This document shows positions 12,315 through 23,494 of a stretch of 64,000 nt of DNA, piece by piece (the first letter of the stretch is position 1; each line of letters begins with the position of its first letter). Made by a program: the position numbers and the translations under genes. A model generated the notes under the pieces. It was not told where the DNA came from. It saw nothing but the letters and a program-made list of their open reading frames with translations, and made no database searches. Source of the stretch: Azolla caroliniana (taxonomy: Eukaryota > Plantae > Polypodiophyta); assembly GCA_043228905.1 (NCBI GenBank), contig JBHGNT010000005.1, positions 18,848,001 to 18,912,000 of the forward strand, in the 5' to 3' direction.

Positions 12315-13694
12315 CTACAGGTCGATGTCCGACTCAACCTTCTGTCGTTTTGCGAACAGAGCGGTGCCAAAGTCATTGGTGTTGAGGATAAACATCCTCC
12401 CGTCTCTGTGCCCTTGCGCAATGACTTCGCCCTCATCCTCAATGAAGCACCCGAGGTGCGTAAACCGCACCTGCATCCCCTGGTTGACAATCTGACCGAC
12501 GGACACCAGCTTCCCTTTTTGTCCGACGTGGCTTAGAGGGACTTCTCCGACGTGCACGATTGGGTGAGGAGTGTCGTCTCCGGTTTCGACTACTCCTGGT
12601 TGATCCGGTTTCTCCAGAAAGGAGAACCACTCTTTGTGGCTTGTCGTGTGGTTCGACGCGCCGGAATCAACATACCACACTTCCTCCGTTTTGGAAGTGG
12701 TCTTCTTCATTGAGTTTGCCTTGTGATTCATCACCAAGGCTGGCCCCTTATTGGCCTTTCCGGTTCCGGATCCTCCTGATCCGTTTGCGTAGTGCGAGTT
12801 TTGCCGGCCATCCTTACCAATCTTGCCGGATCCGGATTTGTCCGAATCGGCACGCTTTCTCCAGCACTCGCTTTCCCTGTGGCCTTTTTTGCCACAATAC
12901 CAGCATTCCGTAGCGGATTTGTCTTGTCGGCTTCCGGCACCGCCTTGACTTCCCCTACTTGTGGAAGTCCCGGAATTGTTGTCGGCACGCTCATAGTGCC
13001 TCTGTTCCTGCTCTTGCCGGCCGCCTCCATTGCGTGCCGACCCACCTCTTCCACCACGCCCACGGAGCCGATCCGTTTCCGTGTACAACATTCGGCTGTC
13101 CGGGGATGCACTGGTAGATGCACCGGCGTGGTTCTCCTCTACAAGGAGCATCGACTGTAAGTCGAAGAATGAGGGGGTATTCTCCCTTGTACACACCGCA
13201 GTACGGAACGCTCCGAACTTGGACGCCAGGCCTCCGAGGCATACCTGCACCATCTCGTCTTCCTCTATGGTAACATTGATAGAGGCGAGCGAGTCGTAGA
13301 TCTCCTTTATCCGGCCCGTGTAGTCTGCCACGAACATGTTCTTCTGTCGAACATTGCTCAACTCCTGTCTGAGTTGCAGCTTCCGGGCAGTGGTGCTTGC
13401 GGCGAAAACCTTTTTCAGGTTCCCCCAAGCATCCTTCGGTGTCTTGGTGTCACGGATGTGGCTGAGCAGCTGATCGCCGACACTGGACGCGAAGCAGTAC
13501 ATCACCCTGCTTGCCGCCTGTTCCCATACCGGGAAGTCCTTGTGTGCCGAGTCGGGCGCCGCATCATTCACTCCTTCGACATAACTCCAGTACCCGTGTC
13601 CAAGCAGGTACTGGTGCATCTTGTAAGACCAGGATGCGTAGTTGCTCCTGTCGAGCTTCTCCACCGGGAGCGACGTAGCCATGCCTCTATCCAT
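12315..13694 (-). CDS. Copia gag and protease (TGG->TAG stop in the GAG-pre region)
   Basis: Copia gag N-terminus, CCHC knuckle CWYCGKKGHRESEC, protease WYVDSGASNH. Confidence 0.93.
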   Translation of the reverse strand: MDRGMATSLPVEKLDRSNYASWSYKMHQYLLGHGYWSYVEGVNDAAPDSAHKDFPVWEQAASRVMYCFASSVGDQLLSHIRDTKTPKDAWGNLKKVFAASTTARKLQLRQELSNVRQKNMFVADYTGRIKEIYDSLASINVTIEEDEMVQVCLGGLASKFGAFRTAVCTRENTPSFFDLQSMLLVEENHAGASTSASPDSRMLYTETDRLRGRGGRGGSARNGGGRQEQEQRHYERADNNSGTSTSRGSQGGAGSRQDKSATECWYCGKKGHRESECWRKRADSDKSGSGKIGKDGRQNSHYANGSGGSGTGKANKGPALVMNHKANSMKKTTSKTEEVWYVDSGASNHTTSHKEWFSFLEKPDQPGVVETGDDTPHPIVHVGEVPLSHVGQKGKLVSVGQIVNQGMQVRFTHLGCFIEDEGEVIAQGHRDGRMFILNTNDFGTALFAKRQKVESDIDL

Positions 13695-13776
13695 GTCTTC
13701 TACTGTGTCTGTTTTCGACTTGTTAAGGTTTTCTTCTCAAGAGTAAATGTCTGCAGCAGAGGTTCTCAACCCTCGC

Positions 13777-13788
13777 GCTCTGATACCA
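13777..13788 (-). other. Primer binding site, tRNA-iMet
   Basis: TGGTATCAGAGC directly after the 5' LTR. Confidence 0.95.
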
Positions 13789-14193
13789 TGTAAACGTAAG
13801 TGTTTGCGGAAGCGTAAAACAAAGAACAACACACAGAGAGAGAGCCAGAGAGAGAGAGAGAGAGCAGAACACAATTTCAAAATTATATCAAGACTCTGTA
13901 CACACACTGTGCTAAGTAGCACTATTTATACAAGTCCTCTTGGGACTGACAGAAGTACCATGTACTTCAATGCTCACACGAGCATCTGACACTTACTACG
14001 AGACTATAGCTACCTAGTAGTCTATCCTATACTAGGCTTCCGATTGGACTTCCGGTTACAGATTGCACCCGGCCTCCACTGCTTGCCGGTTCGGTTGCTC
14101 ACCGTCATACCGATCCGTTTCGCCCGATCCGTCTCGCTTACCGGCTTCGGCTTATTCAGTCGATCCGGCTCCGGTTGAGCTTGCCGCTCAACA
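13789..14193 (-). repeat. 5' LTR of copia (405 bp)
   Basis: TG...CA termini, adjacent PBS. Confidence 0.95.
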
Positions 14194-15260
14194 TACTATA
14201 GCAACAAACTTGTACTCTTGTACATCATCAAGTTCAACAAGGGGTGAATGTGGTTTAATACGATTTGGAATAGAACTTACCAGTCATGAAGAGAGAATGA
14301 TGAAATGCTAGATGTAGCTAGTGGCCACGATTGTGGGGGAAAATTAAGACGAATGTTTACATGATTGATTTTTGCATTAATGACGAAAGGGCTTAGTTGT
14401 TGATAATGCAATTTGGCACATGGTCTAATAGCCTTCATATGATGTCATAATAACCATACTCGATCTCCAACTTGAAATCTGGTTGGAAGTTGATGTTGAT
14501 CTGCATTGGATTTGTGTGTTACTTGAGCTTCCTTTAGATGAGTGGAAAGTTCTGTCTAAATATGTCGTACTCGATCTAAATGATCATGAGCACTAAGGTT
14601 TGTTGGTAATTTAGGAGCTTCCAATAATCATTATCAAGGATGGTAACTTGTGTATGCATAGAATGGTGTAACCCTAATAGAGGAATGTACAAAATGTTAT
14701 ATGTAAAATCTGCAAAATGTAATATATTGGCTCGATCATCTTGTTGATAATTGATGAACCATCAAAGATTCAGCTCTAATGTTTGATTTGTATGTTTTGT
14801 TTGATCATCAATTTGTGGATGATAACCCGGGAGGAGTTTGCAAGAGACTTTGAGCATTGTGAAGAGATGCATCCAAATTTTAGATATACATTGTGGGCCA
14901 CAATAATTAATGATGTTGTTTGGAAGACCATGGTCACGAAATGCTTCACACATGACCAAATTTGATGTTTCCTCACTAGTGATGTCTTTAGTGTATGGCA
15001 AGAAATGTGCCATTTTATTATATCAATAAACTATTGTTAATATAATATTGAACCCCATAGAATGTGGAAGATCTGTAATAAAATCTAAACACATAGATGG
15101 CCATGGCTTGTTTGGAATTGACAATGGCTGTAATACTTCGTAAGGATGATGTTGAGGCATCTTTGTTATACAACATGCATCACAGGTGCGAACATATTCT
15201 TTGAAAAATTCATATAGATGAGGCCACTAGAATGATTGTGTCAACAAATCCAAGGTCTTG
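14194..15260 (-). pseudogene. Old chromovirus-type gypsy integrase remnant, cut at the start of its chromodomain by the copia
   Basis: MAHFLP..HGLP..YHPQIDDQTKHTNQTLE; near 14200-14270 it reads PNRIKPHSPLVELDDVQEYKFVAIV, resembling a chromodomain start. Confidence 0.75.
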
Positions 15261-15787
15261 TGGACAAACACCAAAATACCCAACCATATATGTATCATTG
15301 CAAAATGTTGTATGACTTGGAGGGAGGATGGCCTGCACTTTTACTAGATAATGTTCCGATGGTCAAAATTTCACATGAATCTCAAAGCTATCCTTGCACT
15401 GTCCATTGTATATGTATATGTATGCATGTCTCACGTAATCTCAACCATTTTGAATTGAATGAATTCATTCGGATAGCAGATGGAGATGCAAATGCAAAGG
15501 GCAACACCCAACACACCACAATCCACAACACAACGCAACTTAAAACAATACAACACAAACTTAACACTACAAAATCCTTGCTCTCTCATCATATTCGCTA
15601 CCTCTTCTTCTTCCTCTTCTTTTCCTTCTCTTCCTTCTCCTTCTTCATCAGACTCTTAAGAGAATTGTTTAGCCACTCCAGTCTGTCAGTCTGACAGACA
15701 AAATGGCTACGAAAGATCTCTCTCCCTCTCTCTCTCTCTCAGAACAATCAAGAAAGCAAAGCTCGGCGAACAGTTTTCCCCCTCCCT

Positions 15788-15958
15788 ATGTTGTCTCCTT
15801 CCAATTCTTCTTCTTCTTCTTCTTCGGCAATGGCCGTAGAACAGAAGCTTGTCATCAGTGAGGAGCTCCTTCGTATTTGGAAGACCTCCTCAAGCTCTCA
15901 GAAGCTCCATGTTCAGCTTCCTCCTGCACGCTTCATCTACGAGCTCTTCTGGACTGTG
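15788..15958 (+). CDS. THO2: First coding exon of a THO complex subunit 2-like gene
   Basis: EQKLVISEELLRIWKTSSSSQKLHVQLPPARFIYELFWTV resembles, from memory, the plant THO2 N-terminus (ECKYVTEEFVRE.K....KL...P.LRFLYEL.W). GTGAGT donor at 15959 (phase 0) and a CT-rich leader upstream. Alternative start at 15830. Confidence 0.75.
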
Positions 15959-16959
15959 GTGAGTGCCTTTCTCCTATTATTTTTACCCTTTCCGTTGTTC
16001 TGTTGTCGCTACTTCTTTTCCCTATTTGTTTTCTCTGTTTGAAGACAAGATGATGGCAGTTTTTAGACTGCGTTGGAAAACATATACTTGATTTCTGCTT
16101 CCATTATCATGAAGAAAAATGAGATTTTATTTGCTTTTTCAAGAGTAGGAAATCATGAGGAAGTAACTCGTGTCCAAGGAAAAAAAGCTTTATTTCTGCT
16201 TTGTGTCTCAAGAGGAGAATATTTTCTCGTTTCAAGAGAAGGAAATGGTGAAAAACAAAACTACAACTCCTACTCAAGGGAAAATGTCATTCCTTATGAA
16301 GAGAAAAAGCAGATTTTATTTGGTGAAGAGAAGGGAATGGTAAGAAGGTAGCTCAAATTCAAGGAAAGCAGATAGCTTTCTTGGAAAAACAGATTGTATT
16401 TTCTGAAGCGAGGAAATGATGAAAGATGAAACTTGTGCTCAAGGAAAGTACAATGTTTTCTTTCTAATGAGGAAGAAAAGAGGATTTTATTTGATGAAGA
16501 GAGGGAAATGATGATGAAGTTGGTCATGCTCAAAGAAAGCTGATTTTAATTGCTGAAGAGAAGGAAATAGCTGGAAAGTAGTCCACGTTCAGAGTTGTAG
16601 TTTTAGTTCAAAGAATGGCCTTGTTCTGGTTCTGATGCTCAGTTGAAACAAATGAAAATAGTAGAAGTGAGCATAATTTGGGTGGGCAGGCAAATGGTAC
16701 ACATCCTCTTGGAACATGACCATTATGACATCCATATACCAAATGGTCATGATCTCATTCATTTACTCTAACGTCAACATGGAAACAACCACATCATGAT
16801 AAACCACATTGTCATTGAGTGCAAGGATGCATTCGTCGAGGTGCACCTACATGATGACAAACATAAGTAACACATGCGCACTCTTTTGGATCCCTTTTTG
16901 AAAGTATGTTACAAATTTGACATTATAATATCAAGAAGCCTAAAAGCCTTCGTGCCCAT

Positions 16960-18135
16960 TTCACCATAGTTATCTGATGGCGTTGCACGTCTTTGCATGT
17001 AATAGTCATAGGCCCAACCATTGGGTTGCATTGGGATGTTCAAGCCATGTGTCGATCCTTAGTTACGATGCAATGGTCGATCGACATGTTACATATCGTA
17101 TGTATCGCCATATATGCTATATTCTTCAAGGTGTTAGTCACCTTATTATTAAGTGGATTCAAGAGACTATTTGGTTAGTCACATTTGTAGCATCTACACT
17201 AGTCGCATCTTTGTCCAAAGCACCCAATGACTTGAGTGCAATGTGGGTATGAAGATGTAATCATGCTCAACCACATGTTCGAGGATGTCTTCCATCTTAA
17301 AACTTTGCTTTTGAAGTTGCACCCAAAGTGGGTCAACGATGTGGAACTTTTCTGACACCTCTTGAGACAATGTGTACTCCATCCACATGGTGAATGGACT
17401 CGTGGTCTACATGGATGCCATTTCCCCCCCAAGTTGCACATCATCCGCAAATCTGACTCATCCATGAAAACTGCGAGATTGAGTCTTTGACAAGCAAGCT
17501 AAAACCTTTTTCCAATCAACAATGCAAGTATATCGAGTGTTTGACATACAAGTTTTTCAAAACACAATGCTATTACTTGACAAATTGTTTGTTGGTTGTC
17601 ATGTCCTATGTTTTGGTGGCATTACCAAATCCAATGTTGTCAGTTCCCACATCAGGTGCACCCTCATTGGAATCTGATGTAATCTCCTCACATGGAGTTA
17701 GGTCCACCTCATTTTGTCTTACAATATTTTTTCCCTTCTTGGTCTAGTTGATGGTGTCTTGTCACATGGTTGGTGTTGTCCACAATAGTTGATAAAGCAC
17801 CATCATCTGTTGATATCCCAACCTTCTTACACTAAAAATTTTATGGTTTGACTCAACATATTATAAAAGCCATACCTTGTTTTAGTCACATACTAATCAA
17901 TTTTGAAGTTTCATACTTATATAATAATCATATCTAGATGCAAACTTTATCTTCAACTTGTCTAATCATTCTTTTCTAGAGTCGTTTATTGCTACCTCGT
18001 GAATTGTGAATCTTGCCATGAATCTTGACTTAGTGTTGTCTTAGAGTTTAATTGTAATGTGTAAGAACTGGGTTGCCACCCTTATCTTAAGCTTCCTCAT
18101 GTGTGATTGATGATTTTGTGTGTATTTTACCTCGG
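16960..18135 (-). pseudogene. Ulp1-like peptidase remnant, copy B
   Basis: KFHIVDPLWVQL...DYIFIPTLHSSHWVLW (catalytic His region), with a degraded IPMQPNG motif downstream. Confidence 0.65.
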
Positions 18136-18141
18136 GCTCCT

Positions 18142-19295
18142 TAAAATGCTTTAGTCACTATTGTTGCTCGTAGTTGTTGAAAAATGTCATGCCACTATTC
18201 TTCTCTATCGTACCTTGTTTCATTTCCTCTATCCTTAGCCCTCTTGGAAACATTATATCAATGCCATGTACCTGTCATAACATAGTGACATAAAATTAAT
18301 AGTTGTGAGGATTGAACCTACAACCTCACATCAATAAGATATAATGCTCAATCATTTGGATATAAACATATATTTGTATATAATAGGTAAGTATTGTATA
18401 GTTTAACATATAGTACATTCTAGAATATTCTAGTCTTTAATATATTTTAGAAATATTCTATTATGTATTTTAGACAGATATATTTTAGAGATATTTCTCG
18501 AGTATATTTTAGAGATATTCAATCTTAGAACTTGTATAAATACCTGTAACTTCTTTGCTCCTTTTTAAGGGATTCAATGCTAGTCATTGGCACATCAATC
18601 TAGTATTCTTGTTTCGCACCATCTTGTCTCGATCTTTATCTTTGTCTTCATTCTCTTTTGTTATTTCTAGTGTTTTAAGTTCCTCGGGAAGTTGAGAACA
18701 ATGATTTGAGGAACTTAGAACATTGGGAATGACGCAAGACAATGAAGATAGAGAGGAAGATCGAAACAAGATGGGCAAAACGAGAATACTAGATTGATGT
18801 GTTAATGACTGACGTTTAATCTATTAAGAGGGACCAAAGAGGTTACAAGTATTTATACAAGTTCTAAGATTGATTATCTCTAGAATATACTCGAGAAATA
18901 TCTCTAAAATATATCTATCTAGAATACACTATAGAATATTTCTAGAATATATTAAAGCTTAGAATATTTTGAAATGTACTATATGCTAGATTATACAATA
19001 CTTAACTATTATATACAAATACATACTCATATCTAAATGGTTAAACATGCCATTTTATTGATGTGAGGTTATTGGTTTAATCTTCACCAACTATATATTT
19101 TGTCACTGTGTCGTGACAATACCTTTTGCAAGTATGTCATTATCTATTATTTTTTCCAAAATCATTGTTGTGCTCGTTGGGATTACTCAAGCATTATACA
19201 TGATCAAGATTTTATCCACACTTAATATTGACCACATTTGAAGAGCAAAAGTGGGTTAAGTAAATCTAGTGTAACATATACATTAGAATTGTTGG

Positions 19296-19337
<42 letters not shown>

Positions 19338-19856
19338 TTATAGGATTATGACAATGTACATAAACTCAGCTATTGGAGGAGCATATTTACACACATTGAC
19401 AAAGATTGAGGCTAACAACATAGAGGCAACAATGGTCGTTTCTCATCTTTGGTTGGACCCCATACTGAAACATGTAACATAAGAGGAAGATCCTCCTTCA
19501 AAAGATGAGTTGATGTACATCATTGTAATCCTATAATAGTTATGTATATATCGACCAACCAATCTAATGCATATCTTATACTATATTTAGTTGACCCACA
19601 TTTGTTCTTAAAGTGTGGTCGAGATTCAATGAGGATAAAATCTCGATTATATATAATGCTTGCGTAATTATGGTGAGAGCAATGATGGTTTTAGAAGACA
19701 TAAAAGATGAAGGCACATTTGTGAAAGGTACATGGTATTGATGTAGTGCTTCCAAGAGGACTGAGGATAGAGGATAAAAACTAGGGTACTTCGGGGAAGA
19801 GATGTGGCAAAATGTTCTTAAGCAATTATAAGCAGCAACGGTCGCTAAAATGTTTA
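18142..19856. repeat. Older foldback palindrome (centre ~19435), interrupted by an 846-bp insertion
   Basis: 18142-18272 plus 19119-19385 is the diverged reverse complement of ~19490-19856. Confidence 0.85.
18273..19118. mobile_element. 846-bp fully palindromic LTR-like element with 5-bp TSD
   Basis: TGTCATAAC...GTCGTGACA ends, arms complementary up to a ~22-nt loop near 18695, flanks GTACC/ATACC. Confidence 0.85.
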
Positions 19857-20342
19857 CCTCCTCATTTTCAATGTACCAATCAAATCATTGTCTTCACTAA
19901 ATGGTGTCTCTAAATTGTGTGCACTAAATCTTGTTCGTTGTCAATTTGAGATATCTTCTAGTCTTGGTAATATCTTTCTTATTATGTTTATCGTTGTCTT
20001 CCTTAAACATCCAACTTTTGTCAGTGTAAAGTCATACACAATGATATCCACCTCACTAATGTCAATAATAGATGTATTACAAAAGTTTAAAGCATCACCA
20101 CGTCCAAAACTTTACCAATGCAGAATTGGTGCTCTAAGTGATGGCCATCTACATGTGTAGCTATTAATATCCCCACCTTGAGTTCTTGCAAGTTTCCTTG
20201 TCACCTGAGTTATGCTGGTGTTGTCATCCTTAGTTCCAGATAAATGTTTCTTTGTTGTAGATGAACCAAACTATGAAGATCAACATTAAGTGCTTGAAGT
20301 GGTGATTAAGAACCACGAGAATATTTTATACACCACATAAAT

Positions 20343-21625
20343 GACATTTGCAAGGTTCAATTACCATTAACACAATTCTTAATGGTTTTTTGTTAATCAG
20401 TGAAACACATGTTTACCATAAGGTGTATTGTGCAACATATTTCTTTGCAGTATCGATGTATATATTTTTCTCTTATAAAAACAGAGATTTTAGTACAATT
20501 CGAGTTCATGTAAACCCTAAACCTCTTTTATTTGAATAAAAATATAATTTTTAAACATGAACTCTATGCTTTATATCGAGTTAATGTAAAAAATAGAGTT
20601 TCGATCACAATTACATACAATGTATCAAATTCATGTTCAAAGTTTTTTTCTCGAATTTAAAAAAAATAAAAATAAAACAATTGAGCTTGAGTTGATGAAA
20701 AACCTAGTTTTTTCACCACAATTCAAACAATGTATAGAGTTCATGTTTAAAGTAATTTTTTCAAATTTTTTTGATATTTTATTTTTTTATTTATAATTTG
20801 TTTTTAAGAAAAAAAAACTTTAAACATGAATTCTATACATTGTATCGACTTCTAATGAAAACTCTAGTTTTTGCATCACTTAAAAAAAAAAGAAAAAAAG
20901 ACCCAAAATAGATAGAAAAAAATAAAAAAACTTTAAACATGAACTCAATACATTGTATCGAGTTCGTGTTGAAGAACTCAACTTTTTGACATGAACTCGA
21001 TGCAATGTATCGAGTTCACGTTTAAAGGTTTTTTTTTAGGGTTTTAAAAAAAACAATTTTGGTTTTTTTCTATTTATTTGGGTCCTTTTGGTTTTTTAAA
21101 AAAGAAGTTGAAATGATGAAAAAACTAGAGTTTTTATCACAAGTCGATACAATGTATTGAATTTATGTTTAAAAGTTTTTTTTTTCAAAAAAAAAAAAAA
21201 CATTCAAAAAAAAAAAAAAAAAAAAAACTTTAAACATGAACTAGGTACATTGTATTGAATTGTGGTAAAAAATCTGGTTTTTCATCAAGTCAAGTTCGAT
21301 TTTTTTTTTTTTAATTTGGGAAAAAAAACTTTGAACATAAATTTGATACATTGTATGGAATTGTGATGAAACGCTGTTTTTACATCAACTCAATACAATG
21401 TATGGAGTTCATGTTTAGAATTTTTTTTTTTCAAATAAAAGAGGTTTAGGGTTACATGAACTCAAATTGTACTAAAATATCTGTTTTGACAAGAGTAAAA
21501 GATGCATATCGATGTTGTAAAGAATTATGTTACACAACAAGATACCTTATGGTGAACATGTGCTTCCGTGATTAACAAAAAACCATTAATAATTGTGTTG
21601 ATGGTAATTGAACCTTGCAAATGCC
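20343..21625. mobile_element. 1.28-kb foldback element with modular internal palindromic repeats (MULE/FB-like)
   Basis: GACATTTGCAAGGTTCAATTACCA pairs with TGGTAATTGAACCTTGCAAATGCC; repeated CATGAACTC.ATACA.TGTATCGAGTTCATG modules with A/T tracts; centre ~20980. Confidence 0.85.
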
Positions 21626-21781
21626 ACATACCATCGTTTTGTATTAGGTTTTATTTTTCTTAATTAATTGTCTTAATCTCAATGTCTCTCTTTCTCTCTC
21701 ACCTTTGTATTCTTTAACTCTCACTATCCCTCTTACATACATCCATCTATTGTATACCGCTTGCACTCCTTGCATTGACCT

Positions 21782-23465
21782 AATTGAAAAATGAGAAGGC
21801 ACATTTGTTCAATAATATACATTGGTATGTCACAACAGGAGGGAGAAAATACAGAGATTGCTCATGTATACATGAGGAGAAAGTTCCTCTTTATAAAGGC
21901 CAAGATCTGGCCATTAGACTAACTAGCTATTAGAGCTAACTAGCCGTTGGGCTAGCCATTATAACTTTTAATCATTCAACACTCCCCCTCAAGATGGGCG
22001 AAAATATCCACTAAGCCCATCTTGTCACACAATTTAGTAAAACTTACTTGCCCAATTCCCTTTATAAGACAATTTGCTACTTGATGTTCAATAGAAACAT
22101 GACTCAATTTAAAATTTCCATTATCAAGTTTCTTCTCGATAAAGAATTTGTCGATTTCGATGTGCTTGTTCCTCTCATGCTGTACCGGATTGTTGGCAAT
22201 GTTGATTGCTGACTTATTGTCACACCACAACATCATCTGATTTTTTTGATTCACCCTTAGTTTTACTAGGAGAGTTCTCAACCATAACATCTCCGCAACT
22301 CCTACAACAATAACTTTATACTCTGCTTCGACTGTTGACCTTGTTACTACTGACTGTTTCTTACTCTTCCAAGAGACTAGATTGCCCCCAACAAACATGC
22401 AGTATCCTGATGTGGATTTCCTATCAAATGACGGGTTGAGATGTTTTCAAAATTGCATGGTTCTTCTTTGAGTAGAAATTCTTTGCTCTTACATTGAGGA
22501 TCATTGCACACTGTCATAGGCGAGAAATGATCATATTCTCCCTATAGACCCTCCAACTCTATGGCATATTCTTGAATCATCATATCTCCCTACCAGACGA
22601 TATCTATCTCTTGCTCGATTTGAAATACTTTCATGTTATTTCCCCTCCCAACATACGTCTTTTGCAATTTCTCCCAAATTTCCTCAACACTTAAAATTCC
22701 ATCAACGATTGTGGCGATTGATGGAACCATGGAGTTGAGAAGTCATGCGTACAAAGACATGTGGGTAGCTCTCCATGCTTTCCAATCATTGCTTGTTTTG
22801 ACAAGAGGTTCTTTCTCTTCTCTTGTTAGGTAGCCGTCAAGGCTTCTCCCTGCCAAGGCACCTATAATTCGACGCGACCAGCTCAAGTACGTGGCTGGTC
22901 CATCGAGTTTGAACTCAATTGGGAGGAGTTCAAGTTGAGGTAGTGGTTGTGTTCTTGTCACACCTCCATATGCTACAATCTCGGCTTGCTTCATGTATTT
23001 CACTAATGTTTTCACCTCATCCTCGTTCAATTTTAAGAACACCTCATCCATCTTCTCAAATTAGCCCATCTCTGCTCTCCTCTTCTGAATTCTTTTCTCA
23101 AGTCGCCTCTCAATCACATAGCAATGTCATCCCTTAAGGGAAAAAATCCCCTTTCCTCTCTTGGATGCTAGGATAGTGCTGTTCCAATCGTGGTCATACC
23201 AACAAAAGGGTGGATCTAGGTTTTGCAGAGGGTTGATCTAGGGTTTTATAGAGGGGCGGATCTATGCTCTAATACCAAATTGAAAAATGAGAAGGCACAT
23301 TTGTTCAATAATATACATTGGTATGTCACAACAGGAGGGAGAAAATACCGAGATCGCTCATATTTACATGAGGAGAAAGTTCCTCTTTATAAAGGCCAAG
23401 ATTTGGCCGTTGGGCTAACTAGCTATTGGAGCTAACTAGCCATTATAACTTTTAATCATCCAATA
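21782..23465 (-). mobile_element. Internally deleted Ale-like Ty1/copia (LTRs 21782-21981 and 23278-23465)
   Basis: TSD GACCT on both sides, PBS TGGTATTAGAGC, PPT, gag start (KLDGPATYLSWS) joined to RNase H (GGNLVSWKSKKQ..HIEID). Confidence 0.9.
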
Positions 23466-23494
23466 GACCTCAAGGTCAACAACTCCTAAACCTC

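Larger units (their letters stand above)
8411..14193 (-). mobile_element. Young, nearly intact Ty1/copia LTR retrotransposon (possibly a Bryco/Lyco-type lineage)
   Basis: Two near-identical LTRs (2 mismatches seen), Met PBS, PPT, and gag-PR-IN-RT-RH domain order with YVDD. Nonsense codons at 12315 and 9646. The lineage name is inference. Confidence 0.95.
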
